In this document: in pieces, positions 8,660 to 17,554 of the stretch
How positions within the stretch are numbered: the stretch's first letter is position 1
How the letters are laid out: every line of letters starts with the position of its first letter
Assembly (NCBI GenBank): GCA_965205015.1
Contig: OZ242029.1
Span: 1,536,001 to 1,600,000, forward strand
Source: Candidatus Poribacteria bacterium
GTDB taxonomy: Bacteria > Poribacteria > WGA-4E > WGA-3G
DNA length: 64,000 bases
Direction: 5' to 3'
Notes under the pieces: generated by a model
Seen by the model: only the letters and a program-made list of their open reading frames with translations
What the model was told of the DNA's origin: nothing
The model's database searches: none
Translations under genes and position numbers: made by a program

Positions 8660-11464
8660 TTAAGGTGTTACAGGCTTCACACAACGAAATCCACGAGCTT
8701 TGTTCGTAATTTTTGGAGTGAACCTTGTGCGATCGGAAACTCGTATAAACTTCGCATCACTTACCCAAGATCCACCGCGCAATACACGGACACTTTTAAC
8801 ATTTTCAAAATCAGATAAGATATTATCCACAGTTCCACCAGCAAGCGGATTACGAAACGGGGAGATAGCATAAAAATCTGCATCGTATTCATCCAGACAC
8901 CATTCCCAGACGTTGCCTGTCATATCGTATAAACCGTATCCATTCATATCGTAGGTCCCAACAGGGGTCGTATCGCCGATTTTTCCACCGTAGTTTGCTT
9001 TATTAGCATCAAGTGAATCGCCCCAAGCGTAATTTCCACCAAACCGATCTCCGCGCGCTGCCTTCTCCCATTCAGCTTCTATTGGTAGGCGTTTACCCTC
9101 CCATTGTGCATATGCCATTGCCGCGTACCAACTCACATAAACAATGGGATGGTCGCCTTTGCCATGTGGGTAATTGTTCTCATCCCAATGCTTCAGATAA
9201 TCCCCATCGTGGTATTTCCTAAGAATACGATCTTTTCGCCACTGCGGGTTAGCATCAATAAATTTTTTATATTGTGCATTTGTCACCTCGTACTTGTCTA
9301 TATAGAACGCATCAATATAGACAGTATGCCTAGGTTTTTCGTCGTTTTCCGCATCGTTGTCATTGCCCCCCATCTGAAACTCGCCTGCGGGAATTAGTAC
9401 CATGTCGGCATAAATAGAGTTTGATCGAGTTTTCAACGTAAAAGAATAAGGTATCTCAACTCGAAGGCTGATGGGGTTACTGCCTTTTGTGGCAGGATGA
9501 AAAATTGTTTTCTCCAACGCCGCAATCGATGCTTCCTCAAATCCAAACCCAATATCTGTAATCGCTACAATGTCCTGGGGAATACCATTCTCATCAATGG
9601 TTGTCTGTAAGATGACCTGACCTTCCTTGCCCGCCTTTGCAGCAACTTCCGGATATTTGGGTTCCACCTTGAACTTGTATTGTGGATTAACAACCCCCGG
9701 TTCGGGCACCTCTGATAGCGGCAGGAGAGACTGACGTTGAGCGATGGCGCGGTGAATATCTGGAAGCTCGGGCACTTCTAATAGCGGCAGGAGAGATTCT
9801 CCTTCACGGTTATTCTGGTTAAAGGAACGCGTTGTGTTAGTTAACCTATCAGAACTTACCGTAGAGACTATCCTCCCAAATTGCGATTCCCAGGCATCTC
9901 GTTTGACACTTCCATTTTCAACATCCAACACGAGCAAACCAGCATTCTGTAGTGCGCTATTTTCACGAATCTTTTGGAGGAAATCAGTGGTTTCTAACCC
10001 TACTTCTGCTGCTGCATGAGCGGCGTCAAGTGGTCCCTTAAACTGTTTAACCAATTGCTGTATAGGTTCTCTGCCACCGAAGACTCCACCAGCTGCCTCA
10101 ATCGCCTGCCGATAACGCGCAACATCGGCGCGGACAAGGCTCTCCATCTTTGACTTTTCTGCGTAGAGACGCAATGCCTGTGCCTTGTCATAAGAGGGAT
10201 TCCGACTCTGCCCAATCACCGAACGCATCTGATCTTCAAAGGTCTTCATTCCCTCCGTGTGGCAGCCCATACAGGAAAGACCATTACGGACAACAGGGTC
10301 CCGCGATCCAGCATCTGACACAATGTTAATCGGTGCTTCATCAAGCCGGGCACCCGTCGCCGTGGATAAATAGTATGCCTGCAGTCCGTTCGGGAGATTG
10401 AAGATTATCTCACCGCCATCGTGCGTGAAATTGAGGGGATGTGTGAAGATGTTCTGCGTGCCGACATTCCCAGCGAAGTCATAAGATTTCCAATATGCGC
10501 CATATCGGGATTTGTGGCGTTCCACAATGCGGTTGTTAACGGATACACCAGACTCGTTAAAACCCGCCCGCCAGACACGAACCCCCGGTGCATTTTTTAA
10601 GTTTTCAGCAACGTTCACCTCAAGTTGTGTTTCTAATTCTTTATCTGTTTCTGGTAGACCAAGGATCTCGTGATAGAGCGGCGGGAGAGAGGCAGTAGCG
10701 ATGAACCAATCGGCTCGGACAAACGGCAGTTCACAGTCCGTCTCTTGACAGAGCGTTGTATACATTGATGATTTCAACTGCACACCGTACGAATATGCCT
10801 GCTCAATCTTATACCATTTATCGCTTTTGACGTCCCACTCGTAATGTCGTAAGTCAATGTAGAAGATTGTCTCCTCGCGGTCGATCGGTGTAGGCTTGAT
10901 AACTTCAGAACCCCAAGAGAGGCTGTTAACCAATTTTGATAAGGCGTTCCGATAGGCGCGGAGGTTGTCATCTGTCGCCCCAGCATTGTAGAGATGCGTC
11001 AATGTAAAATAGCGTGCGAAGGTGCGATCAAAGACAGTAAGCGATGTCACGTGGGTATGGATCGTTTTGAGCATCGCCTCGGTAGTAATAAAGCGACGTT
11101 CGGGCTTAGGAATTGCCTCCCAATCTGGTGCCCCTGATTCAATCCAGCGACGAACTGTGGCGATTGTTTCAGCGTCCAAAGGCTCTTGTCCTAACGGCAT
11201 TTGCGAGCCGTTATCTGTATCGCCAAGCAGTCGCAGATAAAATTCGGAGGCATCGGGTTGCCTCGGGATGACAGAGCGGTTTTCGATTAAATCTTTATGC
11301 TTAATGGTAAGCACATCGCTATATGACCCAAATTCGCCGTGGCAGTCGAGGCAATGTTGTTCAAAGATAGTGAACGCCTGTTGTGCGAGTGGCTGTTGTG
11401 CATACACAAACTGCTGGCTCAAGGCTAAGATTAATAGACAGATGACTCTGTAAAAGGTCTTCAT
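8660..11464 (-). CDS. Secreted multidomain protein: planctomycete-type cytochrome c + second CxxCH domain + TonB C-terminal + FGE-sulfatase (SUMF1) domain
   Basis: Signal peptide. CLDCHG...MPLG...WIESGA and CMGCH. PKYPEVAAKAGKEGQV (TonB_C). RLPIEAEWEKAARG, GNVWEW, RGGSW, GFRC. Confidence 0.8.
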   Translation of the reverse strand: MKTFYRVICLLILALSQQFVYAQQPLAQQAFTIFEQHCLDCHGEFGSYSDVLTIKHKDLIENRSVIPRQPDASEFYLRLLGDTDNGSQMPLGQEPLDAETIATVRRWIESGAPDWEAIPKPERRFITTEAMLKTIHTHVTSLTVFDRTFARYFTLTHLYNAGATDDNLRAYRNALSKLVNSLSWGSEVIKPTPIDREETIFYIDLRHYEWDVKSDKWYKIEQAYSYGVQLKSSMYTTLCQETDCELPFVRADWFIATASLPPLYHEILGLPETDKELETQLEVNVAENLKNAPGVRVWRAGFNESGVSVNNRIVERHKSRYGAYWKSYDFAGNVGTQNIFTHPLNFTHDGGEIIFNLPNGLQAYYLSTATGARLDEAPINIVSDAGSRDPVVRNGLSCMGCHTEGMKTFEDQMRSVIGQSRNPSYDKAQALRLYAEKSKMESLVRADVARYRQAIEAAGGVFGGREPIQQLVKQFKGPLDAAHAAAEVGLETTDFLQKIRENSALQNAGLLVLDVENGSVKRDAWESQFGRIVSTVSSDRLTNTTRSFNQNNREGESLLPLLEVPELPDIHRAIAQRQSLLPLSEVPEPGVVNPQYKFKVEPKYPEVAAKAGKEGQVILQTTIDENGIPQDIVAITDIGFGFEEASIAALEKTIFHPATKGSNPISLRVEIPYSFTLKTRSNSIYADMVLIPAGEFQMGGNDNDAENDEKPRHTVYIDAFYIDKYEVTNAQYKKFIDANPQWRKDRILRKYHDGDYLKHWDENNYPHGKGDHPIVYVSWYAAMAYAQWEGKRLPIEAEWEKAARGDRFGGNYAWGDSLDANKANYGGKIGDTTPVGTYDMNGYGLYDMTGNVWEWCLDEYDADFYAISPFRNPLAGGTVDNILSDFENVKSVRVLRGGSWVSDAKFIRVSDRTRFTPKITNKARGFRCVKPVTP

Positions 11465-11514
11465 ATCTTTTCCAAAGGTAGTTATTAATTGTCAGTGTTA
11501 GGCATGTGCTTGTG

Positions 11515-14301
11515 TTACTTTTGAATTGGTGGAGTACGCAGTGGCGATAAGTCGCCGTGTTTCTTTAAATCAGGGGTAACATCCTTCACACATCGGAAAC
11601 CGAAGTCATCGTTTGAAAAATTAGGCGGACCGTAGTCAATATCAGAAATTTTCACGTCTCGAGCAAACCTAATCCAAGAACCACCCCGCAATACACGCCA
11701 CGATTTACGATTAAAAAATCCGTTTATAATGTCTGTGACACTGGCAGTACCAGCAATCGGATTGCGACCCGGTGAAGTTTTGTAAAAATCGCGGTTATGC
11801 TCATCAAGACACCACTCCCAAACATTACCTACCATATCATACAATCCATACCTGTTAGGTGGGTAACTCCCAACAGGAGTTGTACCGCCAACATTCCTTG
11901 CGTGGTTTGCATTACTGAAATCAATCGAATTACCCCACGGGTACCTTTGACCTGTTAATCCACCACGTGCTGCTTTTTCCCATTCTGCTTCTGTTGGAAG
12001 ACGCTTGTCTACCCATTTCGCATAAGCCCTGGCACCATGCCAGCTCACATTGGCAACAGGATGGTCGCCTTTACCAATAGGATAATTATTGCCATCCCAG
12101 TCTTTCAGGTAGTTCCCATCATGATATTTCCAAGGGATATAATCTTTCTGCCACTGTGGGTTGGCATCAACAAACATCTTATACTGTGCATTGGTAATCT
12201 CATATATATCTATGTAAAATGCATCAATGTAGACAGTATGTATCCACTTCTCGTCATCGAATGCCTTATCAGTGCTCCCCATTTGAAACTCGCCTGCGGG
12301 AATCAAAACCATGTTAGGATCGGATGGACTCAGCAGAATTTGAGTCCTATCAGGGACTGCCATTTTTGGATCCTGGGGTAAAACTATATCAGGCTCAGAT
12401 GGAATCAAAAGGTTTTCTACTTCTTGAAGTATACCTCCTATCATCCTAAAATGCTTCTTGATTGCCTTTTTTGGATCATGTAAGGGCTCCCCTTTTTTGA
12501 CCTCCCGCCTAATATAAGTGATAGACACAGTGTCACTATGTGCATCAACCAAAGCAACCTCTTTTATATTCGTACGATCCCCTAAACTGACTTCATCCAC
12601 ACTTTTGAGTGTTTTTTTATCCACTACATTGAGATCAAAAAAGACACCCGATCCGCCCCCCCAGTCGGCTAAAGGCACAAAAATATAGCGATTACTTTCA
12701 ACAGTATCCTGAGGAAGGATGGTGTAACTACTATAAGAAGTGCGCCCATATATTTCATGTTTTTTCCTCAAGACGATTCGATCCGGATAATGGGTTACAC
12801 CTTCACCTTCAAAAATCACTTCACTATTTCCTTCTCCGCTTGACCACGTAACAATGAAAGTAATTTTGGTGAGTGCTTCTTCCAAAGGCATTCCGAGTTC
12901 AATAAAACCTTCGGCAGAAGGTGTTACAGGCTTCACACAACGGAATCCACGGGCTTTGTTGGTGATCCGTGGCGTAAACCTTGTGCGATCGGAAACCCGA
13001 ACGAACTTGGCGTTACTTGCCCAAGAACCGCCGCGTAATACACGGACACTTCTAACATCTGTCCAATTAGTTACAGTTCCACCCGCAAGTGGATTACGAG
13101 AGGGAGAGATAGCATAGAAATCTGCCTCGTATTCATCAAGGCACCATTCCCAGACGTTGCCTGTCATGTCGTATAAACCGTATCCGTTCATATCGTAGGT
13201 GCCAACAGGCGTCGTATCGCCAATATACTCTCCGTAATTTGCCTTGTTGAAATCAAGAGAGTCGCCCCATGCGTATTCTCTGCCAAACCTATTTCCGCGC
13301 GCTGCCTTCTCCCATTCTGCTTCCGTTGGAAGGCGTTTTCCCTGCCACTGTGCATACGCCATTGCCGCGTACCAACTCACATAAACAACAGGGTGGTTCC
13401 CTTTATTGGGTGGGTAATCGTTTCCATCCCAGTGTTTCAGATAATCTCCATCGTGGTATTTTTCAGGAATACGATCTTTTTGCCACTGTCGATTCGCATC
13501 AACAAATTTCTTATATTGCGCATTTGTCACTTCGTATCTGTCAATATAGAACGCATCCACATAGACGGTGTGCCGAGGCTTTTCATCGTCTTCCGCATCG
13601 TTGGCATTGCTTCTGCTTCCCATATCGAAATTACCAGCAGGAATAAACATCATATCAAGAGGTAAAGGTTTCAAAGGATTCTCGACCTTTCGCAGTTTGC
13701 CTTCTATCATCCTAAAATGCTGCTTGATTGCCTTGTTCGGATCATGTGAGACTTTGCCTTTATTAACCTCCCGCCTAATATAGGTGATAGACACAGTGTC
13801 ACTGGCTGGATCAGCCACAATTACGCTCTCAACCCTGGCACGATCTCCTAAGCCAACCTCACCAACAGTTCGGAGCGTTTTTTTATCCACCACATTGAGA
13901 TCCCAAAAGACACCTGAACCTCCACCCGATTGGGCTAAAGGCACAAAAATATATCGATTGCTTTCAGCGGCATACTTAGAGAGAAGTATGTAAAGACTGT
14001 CCAATCTGCGGTACGGAACTCCTTCAAGGCTCCAGGCGTCTCTATATGTTTTAAGTTCTATGTAGTCTTCTTCCCGGGTTACACCTTCACCTTCAAAAAC
14101 CACTTCATCACTTCCATCGCTGCTTAACCACTCAACACTGAAAGTAATTTTGGTGAGTGCTTCTTCCAAAGGCATTCCGAGTTCAATAAAACCTTCGGCA
14201 GATTCTTCCGTTGGTTCCGTCGCAGTCGGTTGTTGTGCCTGCCCAATCTGCTGACTCAAGGTGAATAGAAGGAGGCAGGTGATTATGCAAAAAATCTTCA
14301 T
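11515..14301 (-). CDS. Secreted protein with two [unknown domain + FGE-sulfatase domain] modules
   Basis: Likely start 14301 (GGAG RBS, signal peptide MKIFCIITCLLLFTLSQQIGQA). Two FGE domains. Duplicated EGFIELGMPLEEALTKITF...GGSGVF.DLNVVDKKTL module. Confidence 0.8.
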   Translation of the reverse strand: MKIFCIITCLLLFTLSQQIGQAQQPTATEPTEESAEGFIELGMPLEEALTKITFSVEWLSSDGSDEVVFEGEGVTREEDYIELKTYRDAWSLEGVPYRRLDSLYILLSKYAAESNRYIFVPLAQSGGGSGVFWDLNVVDKKTLRTVGEVGLGDRARVESVIVADPASDTVSITYIRREVNKGKVSHDPNKAIKQHFRMIEGKLRKVENPLKPLPLDMMFIPAGNFDMGSRSNANDAEDDEKPRHTVYVDAFYIDRYEVTNAQYKKFVDANRQWQKDRIPEKYHDGDYLKHWDGNDYPPNKGNHPVVYVSWYAAMAYAQWQGKRLPTEAEWEKAARGNRFGREYAWGDSLDFNKANYGEYIGDTTPVGTYDMNGYGLYDMTGNVWEWCLDEYEADFYAISPSRNPLAGGTVTNWTDVRSVRVLRGGSWASNAKFVRVSDRTRFTPRITNKARGFRCVKPVTPSAEGFIELGMPLEEALTKITFIVTWSSGEGNSEVIFEGEGVTHYPDRIVLRKKHEIYGRTSYSSYTILPQDTVESNRYIFVPLADWGGGSGVFFDLNVVDKKTLKSVDEVSLGDRTNIKEVALVDAHSDTVSITYIRREVKKGEPLHDPKKAIKKHFRMIGGILQEVENLLIPSEPDIVLPQDPKMAVPDRTQILLSPSDPNMVLIPAGEFQMGSTDKAFDDEKWIHTVYIDAFYIDIYEITNAQYKMFVDANPQWQKDYIPWKYHDGNYLKDWDGNNYPIGKGDHPVANVSWHGARAYAKWVDKRLPTEAEWEKAARGGLTGQRYPWGNSIDFSNANHARNVGGTTPVGSYPPNRYGLYDMVGNVWEWCLDEHNRDFYKTSPGRNPIAGTASVTDIINGFFNRKSWRVLRGGSWIRFARDVKISDIDYGPPNFSNDDFGFRCVKDVTPDLKKHGDLSPLRTPPIQK
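12855..14202. repeat. 64-bp identical direct repeat at the start of the duplicated module
   Basis: tgaaagtaatttt...ccttcggcaga at 12855-12918 and 14139-14202. Confidence 0.9.
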
Positions 14302-14318
14302 ATCTTCTCCAAAGATTG

Positions 14319-14415
14319 CTACACACATGTCGCCCCTCCGGGGCTGAAGAAACTGGTCAAATACCTCTCTTAACTGAAAATCGATAACTCTCACTGCGAG
14401 GCATACTGAAAACCA
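14319..14415. repeat. REP-like element plus partial heptamer-family repeat
   Basis: CTACACACATGTCGCCCCTCCGGGGCT, then CTCTTAACTGAAAATCGATAAC...ACTGAAAACC. Confidence 0.55.
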
Positions 14416-14416
14416 T

Positions 14417-15283
14417 TTAATGCCATCCAACGAACCCCAAGTACATGCTCCATAACTCATCTCCCCATAACAGTACAAGCACAGCGGCCCCTGCGAGAAA
14501 GGGACCATACGGGATAGTGCTATGATGCTCCTTTCCTCGAGCGACAATCAAAGATTTCAGGGGGTAACCCAGCCACGTTTCAAGGCTATGACGCTCCTTT
14601 CCTCGAGCGATAATTCGTCGAGCGACAATGATAGTTCCGACAACTGCCCCACTGAGTGAAGAGAAGGCTATTACCATAGCGATTTCTTTCCAAGCCCCCA
14701 GAAACAATCCGTTAAGTGCCATCAGATTAATATCTCCACCACCCATTGCACTTTTACGAAAAACCGTCTCACCGATATAACCGATTAAATATGTAACACC
14801 AATCCCAATTACTGCCCCGGTGAGCCTAGTTAGTAGGTAATCCACATCACCACGCCGATAGGCAATTGCGCAAACTATCGCCAGTCCAAGAATCAACCCG
14901 ATGTCAATTAGAACGTTTGGAATGATATAGTGTTGTGCATCGATTACGGAGATCGGTATAAGCAGTGTAACAAAGATAAGAGCGAGTAGGAATTCGAGGG
15001 ATAACCCGAAGTGGTAGAACATGAGTAGAAACAGTGCCCCTGTCGCTAACTCAACCAACGGGTATATAACGGAAATTTTTGTCTTACACTGCCGACATCT
15101 CCGGCGTAAAAGCAGATAACTTAAAACGGGGATGTTGTCATAAAAGTTTATCGGTGCCTTACATTCAGGGCAAAAAGAGCGACGCGGTGAATGAATCGAC
15201 ACGTCTGGGAGCGGAATGCGATAGATACAGACATTGAGAAAACTACCGACCACCAGACCAAAAAGGAAAATAAAGACCCACAT
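14417..15283 (-). CDS. pilD: Prepilin peptidase (A24)
   Basis: GSFLNVCIYRIP, SFCPECK...CRQCK, ID..H.IIPN, MGGGD, IPYGPFL. Confidence 0.92.
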   Translation of the reverse strand: MWVFIFLFGLVVGSFLNVCIYRIPLPDVSIHSPRRSFCPECKAPINFYDNIPVLSYLLLRRRCRQCKTKISVIYPLVELATGALFLLMFYHFGLSLEFLLALIFVTLLIPISVIDAQHYIIPNVLIDIGLILGLAIVCAIAYRRGDVDYLLTRLTGAVIGIGVTYLIGYIGETVFRKSAMGGGDINLMALNGLFLGAWKEIAMVIAFSSLSGAVVGTIIVARRIIARGKERHSLETWLGYPLKSLIVARGKEHHSTIPYGPFLAGAAVLVLLWGDELWSMYLGFVGWH

Positions 15284-15292
15284 ATTTTTCTA

Positions 15293-15393
15293 TGGTTTTA
15301 TAACTATCGGTTACAAGAGGCTTCTGTGCAACGAAAACCTCTTACCGAAAACCGACAACTGAAAACCTGCGTAGCAGGCGAACCGATAACTAA
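15293..15393. repeat. Heptamer-flanked AAGAGG/CCTCTT palindromic repeat (family 1)
   Basis: ctatcggttacAAGAGG...CCTCTTaccgaaaaccgacaactgaaaacc. Confidence 0.8.
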
Positions 15394-15828
15394 TTACCAC
15401 CAATACTTTTCACCGAGGCGCACGTCCGCATGATAGACTCTGCTGATCTCCGCGACACCGCCGATTCGATATTTCTCGGGGACACGCGAGTGATTTTTGG
15501 CAATTCCTACCTTGTAGGTGTCGTGGTGGAGAACATAGGTCCCACCCCAGGGTGTCTCAGGAATAGATTCCAGATAGTTGCCACGCCATCCCTCAACGCC
15601 AGGATCCTTTACCAAGGCATCTAAATTTGTTGGATATCCACCGGTGTGCTTGAAGTACTTTTGGATAGCAACGGCAATAGTTTCGACATCTATATCCGCC
15701 GTGCTCACTTTTCGATATTCCTGCCAGGGTGGAAAAGAAAGTGCCACAATGATAATGGCGATAATAACAAGGATGAGCAGTTGAAGTCGAGTCATCCCGC
15801 CGTTTTCGTTGATATTTTTCTGTAGCAT
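15394..15828 (-). CDS. Type II secretion pseudopilin, GspG-like
   Basis: Prepilin-like leader NENGG|MTRLQLLIL. YPTNLDALV...WRGNYLESIPETPWG. Start 15828 chosen over 15966. Confidence 0.75.
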   Translation of the reverse strand: MLQKNINENGGMTRLQLLILVIIAIIIVALSFPPWQEYRKVSTADIDVETIAVAIQKYFKHTGGYPTNLDALVKDPGVEGWRGNYLESIPETPWGGTYVLHHDTYKVGIAKNHSRVPEKYRIGGVAEISRVYHADVRLGEKYWW

Positions 15829-15863
15829 GGTAACAGTCGGGAATCGGAGTTCCTTCCTACAGT

Positions 15864-17291
15864 TTAAGCCGCAGTACTTGGCCGAGAAATGCCATATCGG
15901 TTCATTTTTTTGTATAAATTGCTCCGCTCCACCTCTAATGCTTCTGCGGTACGTCGGATGTTCCACTTATTTTCTTCCAAAGCCGCAAGGATGCATTGCG
16001 CTTCGGCAGTATCCATCATCTTACTCAGAGCGGTTCCAGATTTGTAGAGTGGTATCCCCAGAGAGGACTGTAAGACCCCTTGATCCAGAGCCGTACTCGT
16101 CGGTGAATATGAGGAAGTGGATTGCGGAATCAATGACAAAGCCTCAGCGACATCGGGTGCCATCACAACATCTCGATTTACCATAATCAGGAGGCGTTCA
16201 ACGATGTTTTTTAATTCCCGGATGTTCCCGGGCCAATTGTAACCTTGAAACACAGTATAAGCCCCTGGATCAATGACTTTCGGAGTGGATGCGATATTGA
16301 GTTGTAAACGCTCGGCAAAGTATTTCACTAACAGCGGAATATCCTCTGTCCGTTCTCGAAGCGGTGGAACAGTAATCGGCACGACATTAAGCCGATAGAA
16401 AAGATCGCGCCGAAACCGCCCCTTCTCAATTTCCTCGGGGAGGTGTTTGTTGGTCGCCGCGATAATTCGAACATCTACCGTCCGGATCTGATTTCCGCCG
16501 AGACGCTCAACTTCGCCGGTTTCAATGACCCGAAGGACCTTTGCCTGTGCCTTTAAACTCATATCCCCAATTTCATCGAGAAAGATAGTTCCACCGTGAG
16601 CGAGTTCAAAGCGTCCCTGTCTTCGGGAGTCAGCACCAGTGAAGGCGCCGCGTTCATGCCCAAAGAGTTCACTCTCAATGAGTTCATCGGGTAAAGCGGC
16701 GCAGTTGAGAGGGATAAAGGTTTTCGCGGCACGCCTGCTCTGTTGGTGGATCGCATTGGCAACAAGTTGCTTACCCGTGCCATTCTCGCCGGAGATGAGG
16801 ACCCCGAGTTTGCTTCCCGCGACCCGTTGAATCTGCGAGCGGAGATGCGAAATAACGGCACTCTCACCTACCATTTCATCGGCGGGCGTAATTTGTGATT
16901 TCAGAATCTCATTCTCTTGCGATAAGCGCGATATATCTAAAAACGGCTGAACACTGGAGAGAATTTTATCAATACTGATCGGTTTTGTGATATATCGCTT
17001 TGCCCCAAGTTCCATTGTTTTAACAGCAATTTCAATATCTTGCTGCGCAGACATCATCACCACATTTAACTCCGGGTAGCGTTCACGCAGTTTTACAAGC
17101 GTCTGAACACCATCCATTCCATTTTCCATGCGGATATCCAACAGTACAAGATCCACATCGGACGTGAGGCACTGTTGCAACGCTTCTTCACCACTTGCAG
17201 CTGTGAGCGCTTGATACCCGCGCATTTTGAGTCCTTGGGACAACATCTTAAGCGTATTTTTTTCATCATCTACAATCAGAATAGTTTCCAT
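15864..17291 (-). CDS. Sigma-54-dependent response regulator (NtrX/NtrC family)
   Basis: Receiver domain (ILIVDDE, LLDIRM). GENGTGK, ESELFGHERGAFTGA, WPGNIREL. Fis-type HTH. Confidence 0.93.
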   Translation of the reverse strand: METILIVDDEKNTLKMLSQGLKMRGYQALTAASGEEALQQCLTSDVDLVLLDIRMENGMDGVQTLVKLRERYPELNVVMMSAQQDIEIAVKTMELGAKRYITKPISIDKILSSVQPFLDISRLSQENEILKSQITPADEMVGESAVISHLRSQIQRVAGSKLGVLISGENGTGKQLVANAIHQQSRRAAKTFIPLNCAALPDELIESELFGHERGAFTGADSRRQGRFELAHGGTIFLDEIGDMSLKAQAKVLRVIETGEVERLGGNQIRTVDVRIIAATNKHLPEEIEKGRFRRDLFYRLNVVPITVPPLRERTEDIPLLVKYFAERLQLNIASTPKVIDPGAYTVFQGYNWPGNIRELKNIVERLLIMVNRDVVMAPDVAEALSLIPQSTSSYSPTSTALDQGVLQSSLGIPLYKSGTALSKMMDTAEAQCILAALEENKWNIRRTAEALEVERSNLYKKMNRYGISRPSTAA

Positions 17292-17548
17292 CTTTTAATT
17301 TTACCTTGCGGATAAGTTTCGTGATAAAAATTTTCGGAGTTTCCGTGTTCGAGTCGCCTGCGTGTTTTTGCTTGGGGTATTTGCAATGTAATACAAGGAA
17401 CGGATTTAGTCTCTCCCCAGACTAAATCCGGTGTTTCTGCGTATTGTTGCAGGCTGCGTTTTTTGATGCGATGCCGGACATATCCTTATTTCAATCTCGA
17501 CTTCACCAGAAACCTGATCGTAATGAAATAGAGAGCGGCCCAGGAGAC
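17292..17548. repeat. Family 2 intergenic repeat
   Basis: Contains GTGTTTTTGCTTGGGG, CGTAATGAAATAGAG and terminal (minus strand) CCGCAAGGTAAAATTAAAA. Shared with 21755, 36340 and 54080. Confidence 0.7.
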
Positions 17549-17554
17549 TATAAA

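Noticed and set aside
8660-13100. Diversity-generating retroelement targeting the FGE (CLec-fold) C-termini
   Set aside because: No reverse transcriptase or non-coding template repeat in the window. Differences between the similar C-termini are mostly synonymous and not adenine-specific.
14302-14547. Long N-terminal extensions in the ORF track (14547, 15966, 21398, 21687, 57764, 58109)
   Set aside because: They overlap neighbouring genes or non-coding leaders. Downstream ATGs have an RBS and/or signal peptides.
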